Assembly (NCBI GenBank): GCA_910592345.1
Contig: CAJVPI010000145.1
Coordinates: 1 to 49,146, forward strand
Direction of reading: 5' to 3'
Length of the DNA: 49,146 bases
DNA from: Paraglomus brasilianum
Taxonomy: Eukaryota
A model generated the notes under the pieces. It did not search any database, was not told where the DNA came from, and saw nothing but the letters and a program-made list of their open reading frames with translations. The position numbers and the translations under genes are program-made. Shown in pieces: positions 11,221 through 25,418 of this stretch. Each line of letters opens with the position of its first letter. Position 1 is the first letter of the stretch.

Positions 11221-12214
11221 TTTGCTTTACTCTTCGTAATATAAACTTGTTGAATTTATTATTTACAACTTACTGTATTTTATAGGTATTCTCTTACGAA
11301 TTGGCACAAAGATGTGATCGTCTTTTCCTTGCCAAGCCGTAACTCTTATTTACGGTGTTGAACGCTTTATTCGATCTAATGAGACTCGCAAATGGTTTTA
11401 ATTTTTATATTTTTGTTTTGTTAAGCACTGGAGGAATGAATCGAAGAAGAACATCATGTGCGATTATTTTACGATTTACTGCATGTAATTTTTAGTCCGA
11501 AAATTTACCTTAACATTAAAACGCTCGCAACAAGAACATAAATTGTGGATAATACTGTAGAAGATATAATACTGGAATAATTGGTTTCCATTTTTGTAGC
11601 ACCAAACCTGCTTGACGATCTCAACAGTTGTTTTCTTCATCAATCCAAAAAATTACAGTTGAATTTAGCATGTCCAGGTACCACAAAAAAAACCCCCCAC
11701 AAATTACTTAAAACAAGTAAAATCAAATGGTCGTGTTATTTTTGTTCTGTCCACCAGCTTTAATCACAAGTGCTTTTCACCTTATTCAATCTCTTGATTC
11801 CGTCGAAAACATGCCAAGTGTTCCGTTAGACCCTTTGCCGATAATTTCGTCTTGCAATTAGTTTGTTCGCGACCTGCTTTACGCGGACTATGATAATAGA
11901 TCTTGCTTACCTGTTGATAGAAAGTGGGACTTAGCGCGTCAATGCTACAATATCTCTCATCATGAAATGCTTTCGTTTTGTGAGATAATCAAATGTGGCA
12001 ATAAAGTCGTACAAATATCGAGATAATCACGTTCTGTATCTACAGTATATTCCAGCCACAAATATACTGTTACGCCACAATTGGCGTATTATTTATAGTC
12101 AGCTGATTGCCTATCCAGTTCAACGATTGGTGTTCTCAACATTCAGTTCGTTATGAACCATTGAATTGTGGGTACTCTAACTATGGTATATCGAGTTGAC
12201 GTTAAAAATCTTGA

Positions 12215-15200
12215 ATGGACGTAATTATCGAACCCCCGGTATCACCGAACAAATCAAGTAAATAGCAGATAGTCCCTGTTGCTCTATGTTGGCGATGGCC
12301 CTCTGAAACTATGGATTTTTCGACTTTTTTGCTCTTCCAACAGGCGAATCGATCCGAACACCTAGACGTTTGCCTTCTGATCAGTTGTCGGTACGCAGCT
12401 GGAGTAAAACTTTACAAATGGATTCCGAAGCTGGTCGGGAAGAAGGCACGTTACTGCTTTCTATCGCAAGCATAATTCTCTTGCCTTATCGAATGCAAGC
12501 GGAAACTGATGCTAATTTTACAATTTAGATCCAAGCCGGAAGCCCGTTGAAATTATTAATGAAGTCTTGCTCAGTATCCAGAATGACGAAGACGAGCCGG
12601 TGATGCGGGTTGAGAAATTGGGCAGTCTAATTCGTGTACTGAAAAATCATGAACGCCTGAAATACACGTATCCACCGGATCCCTTGTTTCGAGGGTATTT
12701 ACTTTTTTTTTCGATTCCAATTTGTTTCCAGCACTATGATAGACCGCGGAGATAGGATTTACTTGGTTGTTTCGAATACGCATTGGTGTACGTAGGTTGA
12801 AATTTTGCATATCAGACTCGGTAAAGGAAGTGAGAATTGCGGGATATCGCGCCCTTAGATATTTGGTAGTTGATGCGAGTCGAGTAGAGAAGATAATAAA
12901 TCTTCATTGCGATATTTTTATAATGAGGTAAGTGAACGCTTATGCTACGTCGTTTTGTACTGTAACCTATAAAACTGATATGAATCTCGCGCAGATCACT
13001 ATCCAGAGATCCACGTACATTTAATGACGAAAGAGAACAAACTTTGAAGCTAGTTCGCTTGTTTATTGATATACCTGATGGAATAAAATACATGCCTATT
13101 GGAGTGATGAGAGCTATTGTCTCGATAGCTGAACAGGCAGATGAGAAGCTAAGGCCTATTTGTTTAGAGACGTTAGCTGAGTTTGGTATATAGGATTTAC
13201 TACGGAATCGGGTGTGTTGGGTCTAGTCATGTTACAACTTACTTGGCCATCAGCATTCATACTTTAATTTTTATTGATACTTTCTTAGTTATTCGCGATC
13301 CAAAGTTAATTATGAATTGTGGAGGAATGCGCGTCTTGTTGCAAGCGCTAGTCGACGGCCCTTTGGAGCTATCTGAGTATATTGTAATGGCATTACTGTA
13401 TGTGATCGATATGCCAGGCTACAGGGAATGCATTCGGCCAGGCGTAGATCTTGAGGTAATATACCATGCACGTTACTATATCCATATCCTTATATATATA
13501 CTCACGCCTAATATTGTTAAATTAGATTGTCCTCTCTGGGTTTACTGAAGCCTGTAATAAAGGAACTAAGTCAGATGCACAATTAAAAGCCAGTGCAAAG
13601 GCAATATCTGTATTATTAAAATCTTGGACAGGAATTATATATTTATGTATAGATAATAAACAATCAATAAGATCAATGGTAGAATCACTGCGGATAACAT
13701 CTGATGAGACGCGGGTTTGTAGAAAAAAGAAAAAAGTCCAAATCTTATGCCGTGCTACAGTATGACTGTAGTTTCTTGCACAAGCTGCTAATCACTCAAA
13801 GGCTTTTCTTATGGATAGGAAATTATGCTTGATACGTTCTTTAATATATTTCGAATTAAGCCACCAAAATGGTATCAAAGCTTCGTAGCAGGAAGAAGAA
13901 TTACATGTATGTCGGTTCAGGCTATCTCCATTGTACTGGCGTATATTATATTACCTTATATCACACGACATTGAATATGTGTCTTATTTCTAAGATGGTT
14001 GGTTTTGTAATTTTCGGTGTAAAAATAGTGCTTGGTAATCCTGCTTTAGAAGAGAATAGTAGCGGTGAACCACCGCCTGTTCCTTCACCATCTCAGGAAA
14101 GACTTAATTTATTAGACCATCATTTGGTCATACTTCTGGTTATCTTTATTGATTGTGGTTTGCTTGATGTAAGCGTAATGTGAATACTTGCGCATAATTA
14201 TTGAGGAGGCCGATCAATCTCATTTATTGTTACTTTCTTTCTCTCACATACGTAGGCACTTGTTGAGATAATTGAAGACAAGAACCAGCAAATTGCGAAA
14301 AAGGCCACTTTGTTCATCGGAGAAATATTGCAATTATCCAACCGACTATTACCAGTGGCACGATCAATGCGAATACAGGTATTGAACTATTAGTACGTTA
14401 TAATACAACTTAATAAATCCAATAATTTCTGCTCACTGATTTTTTGTTGTTTTTTTTTGTATATCCAAGTCATTACCTAAACTTTTCAGTTTAGCAACTA
14501 AATTTGATGATGAGATTGTACGGCATAGTGCAACAGCAGCCTTATCGCATATAGATAACCTCAACCGTACTCGCAATCAATTGCAGCCAAACGCTCCTGT
14601 ACAAGATGGATCCCCTTCCTTCTTAGAGGACAGACGTAGGCGTAGCGCTCGCCATGTCGAGAATGTTAAGATTAAAATGGGAATTCAGATTGACGATATC
14701 CATTTTCGTAACATGTTATTAGAGACTCAGGTTGGATACTTGACAGCTCGCACATTAGTACCATGTCCGAGTCCACAATACTTATTTGTCATATAATAAC
14801 CAAATAGGTTTTAACAACAAAAGATTATTCCAAATGGAAATGGGAAACGCTTATGGAACTACTTCAAGGTCCATTGCTCAATCCAAGAAGGTTGGAGGAG
14901 GCTCTGAGAGCAAAGTATCTTAAAAGGCTAATTGGCTTTTTCCGACCATCAAGTCATCGATTTTCCGATATTGAGAAAAGTGCGGAAACTCAGCGCTTTG
15001 TACGACTAGGATGTACACTCATAACAACCCTCTTGGCAAATCCTGACGGAGTGAAGTATCTGGAAGGAAATAAATTTTTAAGACAAATATCAGAGTCTCT
15101 CAATCAGCTTGATCCCGTGAGTATTATACTTTAAACCAGAGAAATCAGATAGCATGAATTGCTTTTATGAAAGGACTTAACCGTCAGATTTATAATATGT

Positions 15201-17704
15201 TTCAAGATTAATGGAGTCGTGGAATCAGATCATTTGTTCTCTAAAGAACGTATTGAAGACACACTTACGAGTGGTTACTTCACCATGATTGGTATGCTTA
15301 GCAAGTACAAAGATGGAGTGAGGTGGGTTGAACCTTTTTTGGCTGTATAACCAACGGATTGCGTAATTGCATGATACTGACGACTTTTTTCTTTGTAATA
15401 GATTACTCGAAAAATTTAAAATATTTAATACATTCTATCATTTGAGTGAATTGCGTAGTCGTGAAGATCTTATAAAAGCCATAATTACTAATTTGGACTA
15501 TAGTTTGTGAGTATAACAAATATTAATGCTAATTCGTATATTTGCATTTAGCAGCGTTATCCAAATTTATACATTTCCGCGTTATCACTGATAGAGACGG
15601 CCATCCTCGCATTTTGCTTTCTAAAGTCATGACTTCAGGATACAAAGTAAGTTGCCAAGTTATCGTCTCGTTTTTGTTAATATGGTTTCTCTCCGTTTAA
15701 TGCTCTTTTGTTGCAGCATGTCCGTCTTTATGCAACTAAACATCTCGGAACAATACTTCGTACATCGGCCGAGAAGTTTAATAACTGGGGGATTCGATTG
15801 TTAATAACACAGGTTCTACTTGCTGATATATCCATTCTTCCATAGTTACTGTGACAGTTGATTCGCATCGAGTATTTACTTATAGTTAGTATTGATTAGT
15901 TATATGACCCTGCAATGGAAGTATGCGAAATGGCGGTTCGCGTTCTCGAAGAAACATGTAGAGCAAAGGAGAATCTTGAGCTATTGGTTAAATTAAGACC
16001 CAGTTTAGATTATTTGGGTGAAGTCGGAAATCCATTACTGCTGAGGTTTTTGTCAACTTCGATTGGGTTCCGATATCTGTCGGAATTTGATTATGTCGAG
16101 AAGGAAATGGACGAGTGGTTCCAGGTATGGGTGAAAATATTCGTAGTATTGGTAAACAATTTATATCTGCAAGATGTTAAGAGTTACATTAAGCTGACTT
16201 GTGTATTGCTTAGAGCCGAAATCAATATTACATGACGCAGCTAGAAGTCTCGCTTGCAACAGCACTACGAATCGATGGTGACGATGGAAGAGCAGATGAC
16301 GAAGACAAGGATAAAATGTATCGTAATCTCTCGTCTATTGTTGCTTCACTATGTGCTCCTCTTATACTTGCAATTCTATTCAAGGCAAACATTCGACGGA
16401 ACAACCCCACCACACTTTTACGGCGAATTAGCGAAGACAGAAGAAGGTTGCCAACTACTCCGAGAGAAAGGTCACTTTCGAGAATTTGCAGAATTTGTGC
16501 GAGAGCATAAACATGAAAAACAGGATCCGGCAACAATAGCAAAACTAAAATCAGTCCTCTGGGCTTTGGTTAGTGAATTATTGAATTTGTTCTACAACGC
16601 AAATGAAACCGTGAATTAATATATCTTCTGTCACCAGGGAAACATAGGAGCATCAAAAAGTGGTTTACCATTTTTAGAAGAGGAAGATATTGTCAAGGAC
16701 ATTGTTGAAATAGCTCAGACGTCGGAAGTTCTTTCACTCAAAGGGTCAGTAATTGTTTTAGACCTACACTGCTGAAATTCATAAAGTGTACTCTTCTCAA
16801 TTTTATTCACGCGTTTATTATTACTATGACAGAACGTGCTTCTTTGTATTGGGTCTGATTGCAAAAACCGCTCAAGGTGTTGAGATTTTGGAAGAACTCG
16901 GATGGGAGAGCGTATATGATACGGAGACTGCTATCGGGAATGGATTGTGTGTGCCAATGAATCTTGATGACTTCTTATCGGTAAGAAACGATTTGATTAA
17001 TAAAGGCAGTAAGCAGAGAACGATAGCGTGAAGAAATACAAAGAGGAAATGCTAATACGATTGTTGTCCTGAATGTTATTATATATATGTAGTTCCCAAA
17101 ATGGACGTATAGAGGCTTTGTAAATATTCCAGGAACGACACGACCGGTCACGCCTAGCAGTCTTGTGGAAAGAGATTTATTAAAGGCAGTAGCAAATTTA
17201 ACCAACAGGATATTATCGGGTACTGGCTCCAAGAGCATGGCAAAGTAAGTCCACGTCCATTTTGTTCCATCATATATGCATATAGCTATAAACTGAGAAA
17301 TGTGTATTCTTTCCTCAAATACAAGAATTCGTCAGCAGTATCCAGAAGTTTTCCGTTCCATCAGTACCTACCTTAAAGTAGTTCAGATGCTCTCATCATA
17401 TCAGTACCGTCTTCCCACGCGCCGACTAATATGTGAACTATTTAATGTGGATTTCACTACTGAAGCTCTCGAAGAAATGGATCAAATTCTTGACGACAGC
17501 AATTCGCGAGATTCCGAAGACGGAGGAATGGAGGATGTCAATGAGGATGAAGAACTGCCACGCGTGATGTTTACCAGGACGCACAGAAGAAGTGATGGTG
17601 TTATTGCAGGTATATCAGACGATGTGCCGGGTATTGACACTGAGGAAGTGGTGCCAAAGCAGGCTTTAGAACCCATAATGGTTATAAAAGGATTTATGAT
17701 ATGA
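12215..17704 (+). CDS. RICTOR: TORC2 subunit RICTOR (Avo3/Ste20), multi-exon
   Basis: Exons encode KEVRIAGYRALRYL, LKSWTGIIYL, GPLLNPRRLEE, HVRLYATKHL, PLLLRFLSTSIGFRYL, TPPHFYGELAKTEEGC, KSVLWALGNIG and GTCFFVLGLIAKT. Start inferred at ATG 12215 (MDVIIEPPVSPNKS); stop at 17704. Confidence 0.93.
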
Positions 17705-18034
17705 TGGGGTGGAGTTGCGTGATATAAGATGTGATATATTGTATAAAATAGCACATAAGAACAAGGATTTAGTGTAATGACAGCTTCAATGCACGAGTAA
17801 ATAAAGACAGATACGATGAATTGAATTCAATGAATCACGCGTTAAATGAAAGTTTTTACAAAAATAACTTTAATAACCCATGTTTTGCAAAACTTTAATT
17901 ATTTCTAAAACACAATGTTAATTTCGATTAGTCTATTGCGATCTAAAATATGTAGCAAATGGCGTTAAGTTATTACATAACCATTAAGAATGGCAGCAGA
18001 AAATTATTCGCTGGCATCGTAAAAATAATTCATT

Positions 18035-19819
18035 CTACATAATAATCCGAGGTTCTGGAATACTGGTAGAGATACATTTGTGAGGCAAAATGCACCCGCC
18101 ATTCACATAAAGCTCATCATTGATACTGACATCATCTCCAAGCACGGAGACTCCCTCGAGACGTGTCTAACAAGGTGAATAGCGAGATTGTTACGTGAAA
18201 CAATTAAACCAGCCAACACTTCAATACAAATTTAAGGAAATAACGTACCCATCGACCCAAAGTAGAATGCCATCCAATAATACAGTTTTTTACCCAAGAA
18301 TGGTCTTTAATTCTTGCTCCCTCAAGCACAACACATCTCTGTAATCTGACACCATCTCCGATCACAACATTTGGACCAATTGTCACGTTAGGACCGATTC
18401 TGCAATCCTCGCCAATCTTGGCGCTGGGATCGATAAGCACGTTTCCATGAACATAGTGAAGATTCGGGTTGGCTAGCAGTTGTGGTCGTCGATGTGCTAC
18501 GTTCGATAAGTACAGACACGTGCCAGTTAGAAAATCTTTCGGTTGGCCGACATCCATCCAGAAACCATCCAATTCGAAAGCATGTAGTTGGTTATCTTTC
18601 GCCATGAATGGGAAGACTTCCTTCTCGATGCTAGTTGGTTTTAGCTATAAAAATAACAAGCTTGCGTGAATAAGAGTGACATCCAATAAAGACGACACTA
18701 GGTTATCTAGTAACGATATAAGTGAATGTAGCAAATTACCTCAATTCGATCCAAAATATTGGGATTGAAAATATATATGCCAGCATTAATCTTATTACTG
18801 ACAAAGTCTGTAGGTTTTTCAACAAAACGTTGAATACGTGTGGTATTTGGATGATTAACAATGACACCATATTTCGAAGGCTCATCTACTTTAGTGACCT
18901 TTAGATATTCAACCAAAATATAGTTGATAAATAATCTTTCATCAGCATAGACTATAGAAACATTAATATGCCTAATATCAATTACTTACAACAATGGTAC
19001 CCTCTGCACCGTGATCATTGTGAAAGTCTCGGAGTTGTTCAAATGGATATTCGCATATAATATCACTGTTGAGGACGAAGAAAGGCGATTGATCTTTTCC
19101 CAGAATCTCTCTCGCCAATGCGAGAGGGCCGGCTATAACAGAAATTAGCAAGTTAATTCATTGCGTATTAAATTAGGAAAAGAAAGGATGAAAATTGTTC
19201 CAGCTAAATCGTATCGCATGAGCTTACGGACTGTACGTTCTTTTCACTCACCGGTTCCCAAAGGTTCGTTTTCAACTGAAAATGTAATGGTAACTTTATA
19301 TTGTTCTTCATATTTCTTCAGAATGGATACCATAATCTCTGGGCGATAATTCACTGCCAAGACAATATCCGTTACTCCTGCCTTTTAGAAGTTGATTAGA
19401 TGGTTAGATAAAAAACAAATACGCACGACATTATCAAATAGAAGCGTTTTTGCTATCAAGTCACACTTGTATAAACAATGTGAAAATATCAATTAGACAC
19501 GCCATCTCTTGGACCACTGATCGAATTCACCATAGCGACTAGTTTACGCGTGTTTCTCTTATAAGTAACCTGCGCGCTTTACCTTAACAAGTCCTTCTAT
19601 TTGATGCAATATCATAGGCCTATTGCAGAACTCTACCAGGGGCTTAGGCAAAGTTAGCGTGAGAGGTCGAAGCCGTGTACCAAAACCTAAGAATGTATGC
19701 GACAAGTTAGTTTATGTCGGATGAACGAGTTCCATTGAAAACCTTCTTCCTTTGCCAAACGCAATTTGGCTGAACCGAGTGCATAGCTTCTTACCGCCGA
19801 CAAGGATGAGAGCCTTCAT
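18035..19819 (-). CDS. PSA1: Mannose-1-phosphate guanylyltransferase (GDP-mannose pyrophosphorylase), multi-exon
   Basis: [55 protein letters not shown], hexapeptide-repeat C-terminus, and end ...EPRIIM*. Confidence 0.97.
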
Positions 19820-20165
19820 TTTAGTGTATTAGAGTGTTTAGAGAGTAAGGAAACAACTTTTTAGCCCAAGCCCAACAGATTAAACCAAACTAAGGAGTCA
19901 AGATCAACTGGTACTTAAGTCAAGTGACACAAATATTCTTCTCTGTAACTAGGTTCTTCGTGCATAACATATAGCATTTTGAAGTACTTTTTATTCGTTA
20001 TCTAAAACGATACAAGTCTGGAGAAGAATCTTAGTCTTAATACGAAAAAGTGGCTGTTTTTTGGTTCTCAATTAATAAAAGTGCAATCAATGTTCAATTT
20101 CTTCGAATTATACCATAATATTAACATACCACAAATCGTTTCGTTTTGAATGCATCGATCATCTT

Positions 20166-20519
20166 TAAGTACCTCGTTTATATCCCCACTTTGGACCTAA
20201 GATTTTTGGGGATATATCTGAGGTGGGATACAACTGAGGTACTGTGTATATCATTTCAATAGATAATATTGTGTTTAATTTTATTGGTTAATAAATTCCA
20301 TTAGTGACGTCTGACATTTTGACCCTTCTATGCTTTATTTATCGCCTGATTTTATGACCTGATTTTATTTATTACCTATCCGGTTTTATTTATGGCCAGA
20401 TTTATTGTGTAATACGTAACGGGATATAAACGAGGTTAGATAACTATAAAATTGGGAAATCGGGGATTGTGAAAGTTAGGGATGGGGGATATAACTGATA
20501 CAACTGAGGTATGACTGTA
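20166..20519. mobile_element. Non-autonomous pogo/Tigger-like MITE remnant
   Basis: ACCTCGTTTATATCCC (20171-20186) is the exact reverse complement of GGGATATAAACGAGGT (20421-20436). Related motifs occur at 20208, 20225 and 20497. The right end GAGGTATGACTG-TA resembles a CAGT-starting pogo TIR plus TA target site. Confidence 0.6.
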
Positions 20520-21414
20520 TAAGTTTTCAATATGTCCATAAAATGCCTCGTCCTAGTAAACGTAAAATTACAAGTAGCAAGCAGGAAGCGAAATTAAAAT
20601 GGGTTCTTTTCAGCGACAAAAATCAATAGAAAATAGTGATGACGGTCAAATGCAAATTTTGAAGAGAAATTTCAAGATGTTGAAAAGAGGTTTGCATTAG
20701 TCTGGAAAGAGGATTCATTAAAAAAATAAAACTTTGCGCCAAGAACTACCCAATGGCATTAGAAGAAGCAATAATGGCATCTACCATATACAGTAAACTC
20801 TCCATAAATGCAACCTCTACAAGTGCAAACCAACCCCCAATTGCGAGTCCCTATTGTGAGTACTGATATTAATTATGATAACCGAGTATTTATTCCGCAT
20901 GATCTGAATAATCCGACTGTTCTATTGACCATGATTGCAAAAGGGCATGGGATTGTTCTGAAATTTATATCTTTAAAACGCGTTCACCAAAATGGTAACT
21001 AATTAAAATAAAGACGCATTTACGATAAACGGCTGAAGAGTCATGATGCTATAGAATAAGCAATATAATCCTCAATGTTAACACAACTCTTACGAGTCAT
21101 AAACGTTAAGGAATTTCCATACATGATGTTTTAAGTCCAAAAACCTGAAAATATTAAATTTTCCCCTTGATTAATGTTTAATGTACCCAATACTAATACG
21201 ATTTCGGGTGCTGCACCCCAAATCTATTGGCCATTTGCGAATCAAAAAATCACATGACATCGATTTGATGAAATTTATGCGACTCTCTTTTGATGTAACC
21301 ATCATCTTCAACTATTTACTATTGCCAGTATTACCGCTTTTTCGACACTATCACCAACTCCTCCAGTTACCGTTTTCCGGTTACTATCATTAACAAACGC
21401 GCCAATTATACATA

Positions 21415-24400
21415 ATGACTTCAATTGCGGAGGATATGGAAATAGATAACAACACAAAAAACCAGGGAAACCAGGGAAGTCTAATATCGGATTTGGAGGC
21501 TTTACGGCTTGCAGCATTATCAACACGCAAGCCACGGAAGGAAAAGGAAAAGTCAGAAGAAGAGCCTCAAATTGCACAAATGGACGACGAGAGAGAGGAG
21601 GGAGAGTTAAGTGAAACAGAATCAGTGGAAGCTTGTCCACCGACTAAAATCACTCAGCTCAAACATGAGACTAATGATAAAAGTGAGTAAGAAGTTTGTT
21701 GTTGTGAACAGTTTTAACACAAAACCCCAACGTATTCGTCTTGCATTCGGTCTTTAATATTCGGCCTTGGCATATGATTTGACAAGATTCATATGAACGC
21801 TTCTTCCATTGCTAGTCTCTTATGATCAGATCACTCGAACTTTGATGTCAGAGATATATGCATATGGTGCCCAGCCTGCCGATTTCGTCGACTTCGGCAT
21901 TCCATTAGAAATTGTTGCTCAGTTTTCTAAAGAATTACACATATATCTTCCGCCAAACATTGACGGCAATGGAATACCAGCCTCTCAACAACTGCGTCTC
22001 CAGTCGCTTCCTCCTCAACCCCCCCCCTCTTCAACCAGCAACACCATCTATTCCACTTCAATCAACGGCTCTATCTCGGTCACTATCTGCTACACAGACG
22101 CAACCGCCATCAACTACACGTCCGACAATGCTACCATCTACTGTATTCCAGGCGCAACTACCAATTATTACACCTCAGACGCGGCTATCTTCTGCTACTT
22201 TTCGACCTCAACCAGCATTTACTGCGCAGATGACATTACCACCTGCTACTCTTCAGCTACCGTCTACTGCACTTCGGACAAAAGCACAGTTTATTACACC
22301 TCAACCAAAGTCATCGTCTACTCCGCCACAGATACAACGATCATCTAATATAATTCAATCAAAGCCATTATCTGCTTCGCCTCAGCTACCACCACCACCG
22401 CCGCCGCCGCCGCCGCCACCACCACCACCACCACCACCACCACCATCTATCGTGCTTCAATCAAAACCATCATCGATTCCGACTCAGGTTCAATCATCAT
22501 CTCCTAAGTCTCAGACTCAGATGCAACCACCATCTATTACGCTTCAGTCAAAACCATCATCGGCCCAGACTCAGATACAACCACTATCTACTACGCTTCA
22601 GTCAAAACCATCATCGGCTCCGACTCAGATACAACCACCATCTATCACGCTTCGGTCAAAACAATCAACTGCTCCCTCTCAGATACAACCATCATCTACT
22701 ACGATTCAAATACAACCATCATCTACGTTTCAGTTAAAACCATCATTTACTCCGCCTCAAATAAAGCCACCATCCTCCATGCTTCAACCAAAACCGATAT
22801 CTGCTCAGCCTCAGATACAAGCGCCATCTGCTATGCTTCAGTCAAAACCATTATCTGCTCCGCCGCAGGTACAATTATCACCCACTACGCTTCAATCAAA
22901 CCCAGTATCTGTCTCGCCTCAGATGCAAGTAACTGCAGACAAGCGACAGACGGCTGAACTGCCTCAGGCAGAGATCAAATCAGTGTCTGTTTCTCGCTCA
23001 GCTATCAAGATCGAGCTTCCCGCACAAACCAAACCGTTTCTACCAGTACAGCACAATCAGAAAGTAGTTATACAATTGAGTGACGAGTCGGATGAGGAAC
23101 ATAGACTTTATTATTTGGCTAACAAGAGCAATAAAAGAGAAGAGAATAATAATACCAACTCGTTAATAGCATCCAAAGTGGACAATGTAGATGACAAGAA
23201 GATGCTTGACACGAAGAAAGAGCTGGAAGCCAAAGAGAAGGAAATTAAAATGATGAGAGAATTGATCGCTTCTAAGACCCAGTCGTTGAAGAAAAAGTCA
23301 ACTCAAAATACTATAGATGCCTTACCGCTCCAACCTCAAGAAACAGAAACACAACCAATGGAGACTTCTCCACCAGCGGCTCCCCAATCAAATGAAACAA
23401 AACCATCCATACCACAGGTCCAAGGAAAAGAACCCGATTCCGTTTCGACTCATACTTCCTCAATCAGCACATCGCCAAAATCTGCTCCTATTCTTCCATC
23501 ATCAAATGCCGAGACAACGGCCGAGCTGCTTCAAACATTCACGAGTTTCATTGAAGTTCACATGGAAGAATTCCGTCGGCTGATGAATGATCACCGTCAA
23601 CAAATGCAGGAAACACTCCAGGCTCAAGAAGAAGCTACGTTAAGAGCCAAAGTCCTAGCCTCACAACGACCAAGACGATCAAACAGTATATCGACTGATG
23701 GACGGTCGAGTGATAGACGATCGTCTGTAGGAATGGAACTCGATGGAAAGTCAGATCTTTATCCATCTGAAGAGACTAATAACAATGGAAAACGAAGTCC
23801 TCCTTCGTCATCTGACGAGTCACATGAAGGCTATTCTTCGAGTAAAAAGCAGAAAACATCCGAAAAGACATTGGAGATTCTCGAATTGCGAAAGCGTCTC
23901 GAGAACGTAACGCGAGAACATTCCGAAATTTCTGCTAAATTTGAAGAAATGAGGTACACTAAGACTCTTGGAAAAGCCAAACCTACGCGTCGAACCGATA
24001 AATTGTCTTCGAAGAATCAGCGTAATAATAACTTTTCTCCGCGTGGCGCGCTAGCTCACAAACCCAGTCGACATTCTTCTGCAGCTAAGCGCAATGAGAT
24101 GAAGGACGAAGATGATGAAGGCAGTCATGCAGACGTGGAAAGCGGATCGAGTGGCAGATCAAGCGTAGATAGTATAATGGAGATTGATAATGAAGTTGGC
24201 GATGAAATTGGCAATGAAGTTGGCACCGCGATGTCTGATAAGGCAATAAGTGAGAGGCCACGGTTGGAGGAAAATGACTACCCACGTTGGACACCTTATG
24301 TGTCCCCTCTACGTAACTTCAAGTCTTACCGTTTATCGGCTAATTTCAAAGAAACTGTAGGGCTTCTCGGATACAAACACCTTGCATGGAACAATAAGAT

Positions 24401-25418
24401 AAACGTTCAGCTGTGCATGTGTAAATATGAATTATTCCCACGCGGACGCGGGAGATGTAATGATCGTTGCTGTAAGGCGAATCATTTTAGGCATATCATG
24501 ATGACTGAGGATGAAATCATCCAAGACTTGATCAGCATCCCGTATGGCGATGATGAAGTAACAAAGGCGGAATACTTGAAAGGTGTTGATGCTCTTGTCT
24601 TCAATTTGAGACGTTCACACACAAATACTTTCGAAGATATGATAACCCAGATTGTCACGTATCGTCAAAAATTCGCAGAAAAATTCCGAACACGTAATAA
24701 TCAAGTTTCAAAAGGAACTAATGGTAAAAGGACCGGTAAAGACGATACGCGCGGACATGACGCTGTCCTGTATGAAATATTAGAGAGATTGGAAAAACAG
24801 GCTGAGAGGGAGGATGGTGTAGAATTCGAAGGGGTAAACAAAGTATCTCATCAACGCCAAACGGATAGAGGGAGGAGATATTTCGATGCAGGGAAAGACT
24901 TGGACGATACTCAAGTGTTAGATAATTTTTCGACGCTTAGTACTCCGGATGTGTATCCGGCTATAGTTACGACGGATGACGTTGATATTGAAAATTTGAA
25001 TCTGGACGACAGTATTTCTCGAGCCGTGACATCGTCTCTTCCAATGGATCGTACCCGAACTCAAGATGAATTGTCGTCAACAAGCTCTTCTCCTGCAAAC
25101 TCTTCATCTGCTTCGTCGCCTCGTATGTTTGTAACATATGAATCCAGTGAATCGAGCGATGAAGAATATGGTGAAATAACGTATTATCGACCAGATCATC
25201 CCGTCCTCGGAAATAACGGTTACGAACAAGTAGGCTATCATCCCAATAATACGAATGGATATAATAATGAAGATCGACAGCATCTGAATACAGAAACGGG
25301 AAGAGCTGCTAGTACCACTAGCAATGTTGCGGAGAATGATGATTTAGGTCATGAAGTGAGAGACGGAGATGCGCCATTGAACCTTGTTGGCAAATTTTTG
25401 AAATGGTGGTGGAAGTAA
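21415..25418 (+). CDS. Red1/ZFC3H1-like zf-C3H1 zinc-finger protein (putative nuclear exosome adaptor); apparent frameshift at the C9 run 22019-22027
   Basis: N-terminal EREEGELS motif. Intron 21683-21815 joins in frame to SYDQITRTLMSEIYAYGAQPADFVDFGIPLEIV. A long Pro/Ser/Gln region precedes YVSPLRNFKSYRLS...WNNKIN..LCMCKYEL...GRCNDRCCKANHFRHI. Confidence 0.75.
22345..22915 (+). repeat. Coding poly-Pro (CCA/CCG)n tract plus degenerate ~54-nt (18-aa) tandem repeats
   Basis: A run of about 19 Pro, with repeated units like SITLQSKPSSAQTQIQPP (GCTTCAGTCAAAACCATCATC recurs). Confidence 0.85.

Noticed and set aside
11520..11580. Zinc-finger remnant (TRT..NCG) of the second Fanzor fossil
   Set aside because: The match is too short and the intervening RuvC-II region is unrecognisable.
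12446..12528. Non-canonical GC-AG intron in RICTOR
   Set aside because: A same-phase GT donor exists at 12434, so a GC donor is not required; it cannot be decided without RNA reads.
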